Shown: positions 7,934-15,250 of the stretch, piece by piece
Layout of the letters: the number at the start of each line of letters is the position of its first letter
Numbering within the stretch: position 1 is the stretch's first letter
NCBI GenBank assembly: GCA_040256005.1
Contig: JBDZWC010000039.1
Coordinates: 1-22,439, forward strand
Length of the DNA stretch: 22,439 nt
DNA from: Deinococcaceae bacterium
GTDB taxonomy: Bacteria; Deinococcota; Deinococci; Deinococcales; Trueperaceae
Direction of reading: 5' to 3'
Translations under genes and position numbers: made by a program
Notes under the pieces: generated by a model
Seen by the model: the letters and a program-made list of their open reading frames with translations, nothing else
Databases searched by the model: none
Told to the model about the DNA's origin: nothing

Positions 7934-9753
7934 TGGGCTTCATCATGGACGGCCTCGCCGCCGAGGCCTACGACCGCGAGTACTCGGACGTCCAGCTGCT
8001 CCGGCGCATCGTCGCGTACTTCCGGCCGTACGCGGGCGCGATGCTCGCCGCGGGCCTGGCCGTGTTCATGGTGGCGTCGTTGGACGCCCTACTGCCCATC
8101 ATCGTGTCGGTAGCGATCGACAGGGTCGGTCAGGAGGCCAGCGATCCGGGCGGGGTATGGCGCCGCACGGGCGGGCTGGTCGCGGCGTTCCTCGGCGCCG
8201 CCGTCCTGTCCTGGTGCTTCAACTTCGTGAGGCAGTGGCTGTCGGCGCGCTCGGTAGGCGACGTCGTGCTCAGGCTGCGCCGCGACGCCTTCGACGCGGT
8301 GATGGCGCGTGACATGTCGTTCTACGACGAGTTCTCGACCGGCAGGGTGGTCAGCCGCGTCACGTCTGACACGCAGGACTTCTCCCAGGTGGTCACGCTC
8401 TCCCTCAACCTCATAAGCCAGCTGCTGCAGGTGGCGATCCTCTTCGGCGTCCTCTTCTACGTGGACGGTCGCCTCGCCCTGCTCGCCGCGGCGATCGCTC
8501 CCGTCGTCGTCGGCGTGGCGCTGGCATTCCGGCGCATCGCCCGACGCGTTACCAGGCAGGCGCGGCGGGTGCTCGCGGACGTGAACGCCAACGTGCAGGA
8601 GTCGCTCACGGGCATCGCAGTGGCCAAGGCGTTCCGGCAGGAGCAGGCCGTCTACGACCGCTTCAAGGACGTCAACGACCAGTCCTACCGCTACAACCTG
8701 ATGCAGGGGCTCACCTTCTCGGCCATCTTCCCGGTGCTCGGCCTCGTCTCGGGCATAGGCACCGCGCTGATCGTCTACTTCGGCGGTAACAGGCTCCTGG
8801 GTGGGGCCATCACGCCGGGGCAGTGGTTCCTCTTCGTCGAGGCGCTGGCGCTGATCTGGTTCCCGCTCACGAGCATCGCCTCGTTCTGGAGCCAGTTCCA
8901 GCTGGGGCTGTCGGCCTCGGAGCGGGTGTTCGCGTTGATAGACGCCGAGCCGCGCGTGAACCAGAACGCGGCGCTGAAGCCCGACAGCCTGCGAGGCCGT
9001 ATCGACTTCGAGAGCGTCGACTTCCGGTACACGGACCAGGAGGACGTGCTCACGGGCTTCGACCTCTCGATCGAGGCGGGGGAGACGGTCGCGCTGGTGG
9101 GCCACACCGGCGCAGGCAAGTCGAGCATCGGCAAGCTCATCGCCCGGTTCTACGAGTTCCAGGGCGGCCGCATCCTGATCGACGGCACCGACATCCGGGA
9201 CTTCGACCTGTCCGCCTACCGGGAGCACCTGGGGATCGTCCAGCAGGTTCCGTTCCTGTTCTCGGGGTCGGTGCGCGACAACATCCGCTACGGCAGCCCT
9301 GCAGCGACCGACGATGAGGTCGTGGCGGTGGCCCGCCGCATCGGCGGGGGTGACTGGCTCGAGGCGCTGCAGAACGGGCTCGACACCGACGTGGGAGAGG
9401 GTGGTCGCGGCGTCTCCATGGGCCAGAGGCAGCTGATCGCGATGGCGAGGGTGCTGCTCCAGGACCCCAGCATCCTGATCCTCGACGAGGCGACCGCCAG
9501 CGTGGACCCGCTCACGGAGGCGCAGATCCAGGAGGGACTCGAGGTCGTGCTGGCCGGCAGGACCTCCATCGTGATCGCACACAGGCTGTCGACGATCAAG
9601 GGAGCCGACAGGATCCTGGTGCTAAGGGCCGGCGAGGTCATCGAGCAGGGCACCCACGACGCTCTGATCGCCCAGGGTGGCCACTACGCCGAGCTGTACG
9701 CTACCTACTTCCGCCACCAGTCACCGGACTACGACGTAGCGGCCAGGGTGTGA
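7933..9753 (+). CDS. ABC exporter half-transporter (TMD+NBD), subunit 2 (TM288/TmrA-like)
   Basis: Walker A GHTGAGKS, signature VSMGQ, canonical Walker B ILILDEATA, IAHRLST. TGATG overlap with the upstream gene. Confidence 0.93.
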   Translation: MGFIMDGLAAEAYDREYSDVQLLRRIVAYFRPYAGAMLAAGLAVFMVASLDALLPIIVSVAIDRVGQEASDPGGVWRRTGGLVAAFLGAAVLSWCFNFVRQWLSARSVGDVVLRLRRDAFDAVMARDMSFYDEFSTGRVVSRVTSDTQDFSQVVTLSLNLISQLLQVAILFGVLFYVDGRLALLAAAIAPVVVGVALAFRRIARRVTRQARRVLADVNANVQESLTGIAVAKAFRQEQAVYDRFKDVNDQSYRYNLMQGLTFSAIFPVLGLVSGIGTALIVYFGGNRLLGGAITPGQWFLFVEALALIWFPLTSIASFWSQFQLGLSASERVFALIDAEPRVNQNAALKPDSLRGRIDFESVDFRYTDQEDVLTGFDLSIEAGETVALVGHTGAGKSSIGKLIARFYEFQGGRILIDGTDIRDFDLSAYREHLGIVQQVPFLFSGSVRDNIRYGSPAATDDEVVAVARRIGGGDWLEALQNGLDTDVGEGGRGVSMGQRQLIAMARVLLQDPSILILDEATASVDPLTEAQIQEGLEVVLAGRTSIVIAHRLSTIKGADRILVLRAGEVIEQGTHDALIAQGGHYAELYATYFRHQSPDYDVAARV

Positions 9754-9821
9754 CACGCCGGTCACGGGCAGGACGTCTGGACCTGGCCTCGTTCTAATCC
9801 GGCGGCCCTAGCTTGGGGCAC

Positions 9822-10910
9822 ATGTCGAGCAGTGGGAACGGAGTGGCCTCCGAGCTGAGGACCGACCCTCGGGACGACGCCGCTGCGGCCGGCCTCCGTT
9901 ACGTTGAGGACGGCGATCCGGGCTTCTCGCGCCGTCGGCGGGGCAAGGGCTTCGAGTACTGCGGCGTCGGGGGTGAGACGCTCAGCGACCCTGCGGTGCG
10001 GGAACGCATCGCGGGCCTGGCCATCCCGCCGGCCTGGCGGGAGGTCTGGATCTGCCCGCACCCGGACGGCCACCTGCAAGCCACGGGCAGGGACGAGGCT
10101 GGGCGGAAGCAGTACATCTACCATCCGGCGTTCACCGCGCTGCGAGACGCGGCGAAGTTCGCGCGGCTGACGGCGTTCGGCGAGGTGCTACCGCGCGTGC
10201 GCCGGCGCGTCAGGCGCGACCTGCGGCGCGGCACCCTGGACCGCACCCGTCTCGTGGCCGCGGCCGTCAGGCTGCTCGACTCCACGCTCATCCGGGTAGG
10301 CAACCCCGCGTACGCCAAACAGAACGGCTCGTACGGCGTGACCACGCTGCGGCGCAAGCATGTGCGGCTCAACGGCTCCGAGATCGACCTGCGGTTCATC
10401 GGCAAGTCGGGCGAGAAGCACGCCCTCACGCTCGTCGACGAGGAGCTCGCAGCCGTCGTGAGGGACACCCAGGAGCTACCCGGTTACGAGCTGTTCCGCT
10501 ACCTGGACGCGGACGGCGCCAGCCAGACGGTGGACTCGCGCGACGTCAACGAGTACCTGGCCGCGGTGAGCGGCGACGACGTGACGGCGAAGGACTTCCG
10601 GACGTGGGGCGGCACCGTCGTGACGGCGGCCGCGCTGCACGCCTCCGGCCTGTCCGCGCGCGCGGCGGCGGAACTGAGCGAGGCGAAGCTGAAAAAGGCG
10701 CTCAACGAGGCCATCTGCGCCGCGGCGGAAACGCTGGGCAACACGCCGGCGGTGTGTCGGCAGTCCTACGTCCATCCGGCGCTCATCGACCGCTTCCTCG
10801 CGGGCGCTTTCGACACGGCCTATCAGGAGTCGCTGGCGCGCGCTCGCAAGAGCCGGCGCCGCGAGCTCAAGCTTCACGAGGCGGCAACGCTCGAGTTCCT
10901 GCGGCAGTGA
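9822..10910 (+). CDS. Bacterial DNA topoisomerase IB (poxvirus/Deinococcus TopIB-like)
   Basis: LAIPPAWREVWIC, GHLQATGRDEAGRKQYIYH, IRVGN, YGVTTLR, FIGKSG, TAKDFRTWGGT, LGNTPAVCRQSYVHP (catalytic Tyr). ATG 9822 preferred over TTG 9813. Confidence 0.93.
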   Translation: MSSSGNGVASELRTDPRDDAAAAGLRYVEDGDPGFSRRRRGKGFEYCGVGGETLSDPAVRERIAGLAIPPAWREVWICPHPDGHLQATGRDEAGRKQYIYHPAFTALRDAAKFARLTAFGEVLPRVRRRVRRDLRRGTLDRTRLVAAAVRLLDSTLIRVGNPAYAKQNGSYGVTTLRRKHVRLNGSEIDLRFIGKSGEKHALTLVDEELAAVVRDTQELPGYELFRYLDADGASQTVDSRDVNEYLAAVSGDDVTAKDFRTWGGTVVTAAALHASGLSARAAAELSEAKLKKALNEAICAAAETLGNTPAVCRQSYVHPALIDRFLAGAFDTAYQESLARARKSRRRELKLHEAATLEFLRQ

Positions 10911-10947
10911 GCTCGGTTCGGTTCCTGGCGGCAGTGAGCCCGCTTCG
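10895..10947 (+). repeat. Imperfect 26/27-bp tandem duplication spanning the topIB stop codon
   Basis: GTTCCT-GCGGCAGTGAGCTCGGTTCG (10895-10920) followed directly by GTTCCTGGCGGCAGTGAGCCCGCTTCG (10921-10947): one indel and two substitutions. Confidence 0.75.
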
Positions 10948-10952
10948 TGTCG

Positions 10953-13169
10953 TCAGCGCCGTAGCGCATCGACCGTGGCCATGAGGTGCGCGATACGGCT
11001 GGACATGTGCCGCGCCGACCAGGCCCAGAGCGACGCCGCCGTGGCGGGCTCCTCGGCCTGCAGCCGCGCCAACGACTGGCGGGTCAGCTTGTAGGCGACG
11101 ACGGCCGTGTCGGCCCTGACGGTGGCCGCTCGTGGCCTCTCGGTCAAGAGGCCCACCTCACCGACGATGCTGCCCCTGCCCATCGTCTCGAACCGCTCGG
11201 GAGGCAGGCCCGGTCGCGCCCTCTCGGCGGTCACCCGCCCCGAGGTGATGAGGTACATGGCGTCGGCCGGCGCACCTTGCTCGATGAGCACCTCGTCCGC
11301 CGCGAGCGCCACGCGCTCGGCGTAGCGCTCGATGGTCCCGGCGTCCACTCCGCTCCCTACCAGGACGTCGGAGAGCGTCGAGGCCTCGGTGGGCGAGTAG
11401 CTCACACCGGCCTCGGAGAGGATCCGCGCCTCCTCCGCTTCCAGGGCCGCGTCGACCGATGGGTAGACCTCCACGCCGGCGGTCACCAACACGCCACCCG
11501 ACCGGAGCCTGCGCTCCAGCGAGGCTGGCAGGCCGGCCAGCGCCACTACGGCGCCGCTGGAGGTCGCTCTCTTCGTCAGGTTCAGCAGCGCGCTCGTCCC
11601 GCTCGCATCGAGACCGGTGACCCTGGCCAGGTCGAGGACGAGACACCTGACGGCACCGGACCTCAGCTTGGCTTCGACCTGGTCCGCCACCTTGACGGCG
11701 GTGCCGAAGAACAGGAACCCCTGCAGCTGCAGCACGAGCACCGCGTGGGTCGAGTGCCTCAGCACCTCTTCCTCCTCGGGCCGGCGCCTGACGCGGCTGC
11801 GCAGCTCGGTCCCGGTCACGGCGTACCGGACGGGGTCCACGCGGCCGTAGTTGACGACGAAGAGCAGGACGGCGAGGATCAGCCCCGCCCCCACGCCTTG
11901 CAGGAACCCGCTGACAACGACGACGAGCAGGATCACGACGACGATCCCGTACTCCACGGAGCCCAGTCGCCGCCGCATGTCCCACAGCCACTGGTAGAGG
12001 AACTCGAGGCCGAGGAACGCCACGATGCCACCCACCACGGGCCGAGGAAGGTACTGGACCGCACCTCCTCCGAACGCCAGCGCCGCCACGAGCAGGGCGG
12101 CCACGATCATCACGGTCCGTCGAGAACCGGTCCCGATCCGGCGGCTCAGACTGGCGAGCGAGACGGAGTGGTAGACGACGTTCCCGCCCAACGCCCCGGC
12201 GACCAGGTTGCCGATGCCGGCAGACCGCAGCTCCTCGTCGAGGTCGATGCGGTCCGCGACCTCGAGCTCCGTCGCGGTGATGTTGAGCAGCGTAGCGATG
12301 AGAGCCACGACCGGCACGGTGGCCGCGACCGGCAGCTGTGCCGCCAGCGCGGACCAGTCGACGGCGGACAGGTCGGAGGGTCGGAAGCCGAACAACAGGC
12401 TGCCTCCGGCTGCACCGCCGATGAACAGACCCTCCGCCCGCCACGACGGCAGGTCTCCGCCCGCGATCAGCATGATTACGTAGAAGGCGACGAAGCCGCC
12501 GACCGTGAGCAGTGGGTTCGCCGCCGGATGCGAGATCCTGCGGCCCGCGACCATGAGGACGACCGCGAAAGCCAGGCCGGGGAGGACCGTGTAGAGCCAG
12601 CCGCCGTCGATCATCTGGCCCAGGTGCGCGACGTCAACGTACCGGCCTGCCATCACCGTCAGCCCGCCTTGCAGCAACAGCCACCCGGTACCGGCGAGGA
12701 AGCCGCCCATGACGGGGTAGGGCAGGTACCGGACCAGCCGGCCCAGGCGCAGCCAACCAACCGCCATGAACACCAGTCCCGTGGCTAGGGTGGCGAGCGC
12801 GCTGAGCGCCATCATCGTGGCGTACGCCACCTGGCCCCCGGTGCCTATGTCCGCTACCAGGCCGACCGCGGTGCCCGCCAGCACGGCGGGCGGAGCGTCT
12901 TGCGCGGTCGGGATCGAGCTGGGGGCCGCCCGCCGGAGCAGGACGACGAGCACGGCGATCAGGGCGCTCGTGATGGCGAGGCCTATGCCACGGGCGGCGA
13001 ACTCCGGTCCCGCCACCGCGGTGAGCAGGGTGCCCACCGACACCGCGATCGTGATCATCACGGACGCCACGACCAGGCCGGCGGCCGCGTCGCTCGCGAG
13101 CGAGCCGCGCCTGGCACGGCTCGCCGCGAGCTTCATGTGCGGGTCATCGAGGCCCGCGCCTCCCTGCAT
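10953..13169 (-). CDS. SulP/SLC26 family transporter with STAS and C-terminal cyclic-nucleotide-binding domain
   Basis: LGRLVRYLPYPVMGGFLAGTG (SulP motif), DLDEELRSAGIGNL, LQGFLFFGTA and LDLARVTGLDASG (STAS), LIEQGAPADAMYLITSG...GEVGLLTERPRAATVRA (cNMP). ATG 13169 is 3 nt after the upstream stop; alternative start 13136. Confidence 0.92.
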   Translation of the reverse strand: MQGGAGLDDPHMKLAASRARRGSLASDAAAGLVVASVMITIAVSVGTLLTAVAGPEFAARGIGLAITSALIAVLVVLLRRAAPSSIPTAQDAPPAVLAGTAVGLVADIGTGGQVAYATMMALSALATLATGLVFMAVGWLRLGRLVRYLPYPVMGGFLAGTGWLLLQGGLTVMAGRYVDVAHLGQMIDGGWLYTVLPGLAFAVVLMVAGRRISHPAANPLLTVGGFVAFYVIMLIAGGDLPSWRAEGLFIGGAAGGSLLFGFRPSDLSAVDWSALAAQLPVAATVPVVALIATLLNITATELEVADRIDLDEELRSAGIGNLVAGALGGNVVYHSVSLASLSRRIGTGSRRTVMIVAALLVAALAFGGGAVQYLPRPVVGGIVAFLGLEFLYQWLWDMRRRLGSVEYGIVVVILLVVVVSGFLQGVGAGLILAVLLFVVNYGRVDPVRYAVTGTELRSRVRRRPEEEEVLRHSTHAVLVLQLQGFLFFGTAVKVADQVEAKLRSGAVRCLVLDLARVTGLDASGTSALLNLTKRATSSGAVVALAGLPASLERRLRSGGVLVTAGVEVYPSVDAALEAEEARILSEAGVSYSPTEASTLSDVLVGSGVDAGTIERYAERVALAADEVLIEQGAPADAMYLITSGRVTAERARPGLPPERFETMGRGSIVGEVGLLTERPRAATVRADTAVVAYKLTRQSLARLQAEEPATAASLWAWSARHMSSRIAHLMATVDALRR

Positions 13170-13172
13170 CGA

Positions 13173-15128
13173 TCAGTCGCCGGCCAGGCAGTACTGGTGA
13201 ACGGCGCTGCCTCCTGGGTCGCCGTCGCTCGTGAGACCTGGTAGCAGTGGGAGGTTGGCCAACCCACCGTCAGCCAACTGAGGCAGCGTCCTGCCAGCAG
13301 ACGCGAAGTCGCCCGCCGCGCAGGTGGGGCTGCCGGTGCGCTGGTCGAGTGCGACGAACAGCGAGGCGAAGGGGGCCGAGAACGATGTACCGATGTACGC
13401 CAGAGCGTTCACCTTGGTCTTCCGCAACAGGATCACGTCGCCGGCCGCGAGAACGTCAGCAGCGTTGGAGAACGTCGACGCTTCGTCCCTGAAACCGTTC
13501 TCGAACCTCTGAGACCCCACGTTGATGACACCCGGGGCCGCAGCCGGGAACAACGGGAACTCCAGGCCGTAGTTGCCGGACGCCGCGACGCTGACGAAGC
13601 TCTGGAAGCCGGCTCCGCAGGCCTGACCGGACTTGAAGGTGGGGCACTCGAGCAGGTCGAGCAGCGAGTCGTCCAGGGCCTCGACGGGAGACTGGATCGC
13701 ACCACTCAAGGTCTGAGCCGTCTGGCTCCCTGCTGACACGCCGTTCAGCGCCAGCAGCGCCTGTACGTACTGCTCGAAGGTGATAGCGCCGGTGTCCTGG
13801 TCGTTGAAGTCCTGGAGCACCGTGCACGGCACGATCGAGAAGCTCATGTTCACGACCGCGACGCGATAACCCGCGCTGTAGGCGTTGTCCATGGCGTCGC
13901 GCAGAGCGGCCGTGGCCTTGTCTGTATCGATCAGTCCGGAAGCGTCCCGGGCGTCCACGGCCTGGAGCCTGACCTTGCCCTTGGACCCGAACTCGACGAA
14001 GTACGGGTTGCTGGTCTTGCTGACCTTGCCCTTACCGAGCAGGTCCTCGAGCAGCGTCCGAAGTTGGTGGAAGACCAGGGCTCCATGGCTGTAGTCGTAT
14101 CCGAGGGTCTGCGTCTCCGGGTCGATCCCGGCCAGGCGCGCGTCCAGGTCGTCACCAAGCAAGTTCGAAGGCAACTCGTACCTGCCGCCGAAGTCGTCCA
14201 GAACGAGGATCACGGTGTTGATGCTGTCCTTGCCCGACTTGGCAAGCGAGCTGTCGAAGTGATCGAGCCGGTCCGCGAGGTCGCCGAGCGTGACGAGGCG
14301 ACCGGCGAGGCTACTTGTGCCCTGGAGGGGAGCTGCGAACAGGCCGCCCCCTGCGCCCACCGCCTGGAGGCCCGCGCCAACGGCCTGCAGGCCGGCGCCC
14401 ACGGCTTGTAGACCGGCCCCTACCGCCTGCAGACCCTGGCTGGGCAACGCGGCCTCGTTGGCCGGACAGCTCAGCGCTTCTGGGTCCAGGCCGCCATGGC
14501 CGGACAGAGCCGCGAGCTCTTCTAGGCTCTGTGCGACGAGGACCTTGAAGCTCACGTCGAGGCGACTGCCAGACGAAACGGTGATCATGGTGTCGCTGCT
14601 GCCGCCACCCCGGCCCTTGCCGCCCTCCTCGACGATCCTGACGTTCAGGTACCCCAGGCACTCACCTTCGTAGTCGTTGCAGACCGGCTGCTCACCGGAG
14701 CCGGGCATCCGTATCTCGACGCGTATGCGTTCGGCTACTGACGGTGCGAAGACCGGCCAGTTGAACCTATACGTGTCGCCGTTGCGGCTCAGTACGCCAC
14801 CCGGCTCCATCACGAACGTGCGCAGAGCGGTGCCGATGGCATGGCTGTCGTCGGACGACAGCGCGAACACCGCCACCTCGACCGGGAGCCCGTTGGCGAA
14901 CTCGCCCACGAGCTGCGAGGTGCTGCCTATGGGTGGCAGGTAGCGGGCGCGAAGGGCAGGGTCTGGCGTGAACGAGGCGGCCAGTTGCACCCCCGGCTGG
15001 AGCTCCTTGAGCATCTGGTCGGCGGTCGGCTCTGAGGCCTGTTGGCAAGCGGTGGCGACGAGCAGCAGGACGATCGCTCCGAGAGCGCCGCCCACGGCCC
15101 GCCGTGTTGACTGGAACTTCTCGAACAT
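13173..15128 (-). CDS. Lipoprotein S8 (subtilisin-like) serine peptidase with an uncharacterised N-terminal domain and GLQAVGA repeats
   Basis: Signal peptide ending in a lipobox-like VATA-C. Catalytic triad motifs ILVLDD (Asp), SHGALV (His), GTSFSAP (Ser), plus VVNMSF and oxyanion AASGN. GGAGG RBS. Confidence 0.85.
   Translation of the reverse strand: MFEKFQSTRRAVGGALGAIVLLLVATACQQASEPTADQMLKELQPGVQLAASFTPDPALRARYLPPIGSTSQLVGEFANGLPVEVAVFALSSDDSHAIGTALRTFVMEPGGVLSRNGDTYRFNWPVFAPSVAERIRVEIRMPGSGEQPVCNDYEGECLGYLNVRIVEEGGKGRGGGSSDTMITVSSGSRLDVSFKVLVAQSLEELAALSGHGGLDPEALSCPANEAALPSQGLQAVGAGLQAVGAGLQAVGAGLQAVGAGGGLFAAPLQGTSSLAGRLVTLGDLADRLDHFDSSLAKSGKDSINTVILVLDDFGGRYELPSNLLGDDLDARLAGIDPETQTLGYDYSHGALVFHQLRTLLEDLLGKGKVSKTSNPYFVEFGSKGKVRLQAVDARDASGLIDTDKATAALRDAMDNAYSAGYRVAVVNMSFSIVPCTVLQDFNDQDTGAITFEQYVQALLALNGVSAGSQTAQTLSGAIQSPVEALDDSLLDLLECPTFKSGQACGAGFQSFVSVAASGNYGLEFPLFPAAAPGVINVGSQRFENGFRDEASTFSNAADVLAAGDVILLRKTKVNALAYIGTSFSAPFASLFVALDQRTGSPTCAAGDFASAGRTLPQLADGGLANLPLLPGLTSDGDPGGSAVHQYCLAGD
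14352..14435 (-). repeat. 4 x 21-bp coding tandem repeat (GLQAVGA)x4, residues 232-259 of the subtilase
   Basis: ggt ctg cag gcg gta ggg gcc / ggt cta caa gcc gtg ggc gcc / ggc ctg cag gcc gtt ggc gcg / ggc ctc cag gcg gtg ggc gca. Confidence 0.95.
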
Positions 15129-15250
15129 CCCAGACCTCCCAATGCCACGCCGTCGAAGCGGCGACGCGGTGAGCGCTGGAAGACGTGAAGGTAGAACGCC
15201 CTAGGCTCGACAGATGATATGGCCTCGGACGTGTAGGACGTGCACAATGC

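Noticed and set aside
8089..9582. 497-aa minus-strand ORF antisense to ABC exporter subunit 2
   Set aside because: Typical antisense shadow ORF of an ABC gene in high-GC DNA.
9822..10910. Tyrosine integrase or mobile element
   Set aside because: The motifs are TopIB-specific (AIPPAW, GRKQY, KDFRTW). No att-flanked cargo, tRNA or transposase was seen.
10986..12788. 600-aa plus-strand ORF antisense to the SulP gene
   Set aside because: Shadow frame of a GC3-rich membrane-protein gene; R/H/D/G-rich with no motifs.
14352..14435. Phase-variable VNTR or assembly artefact explanation for the 21-bp repeat
   Set aside because: The units differ at many synonymous positions, which fits neither recent slippage nor a collapsed or expanded assembly.
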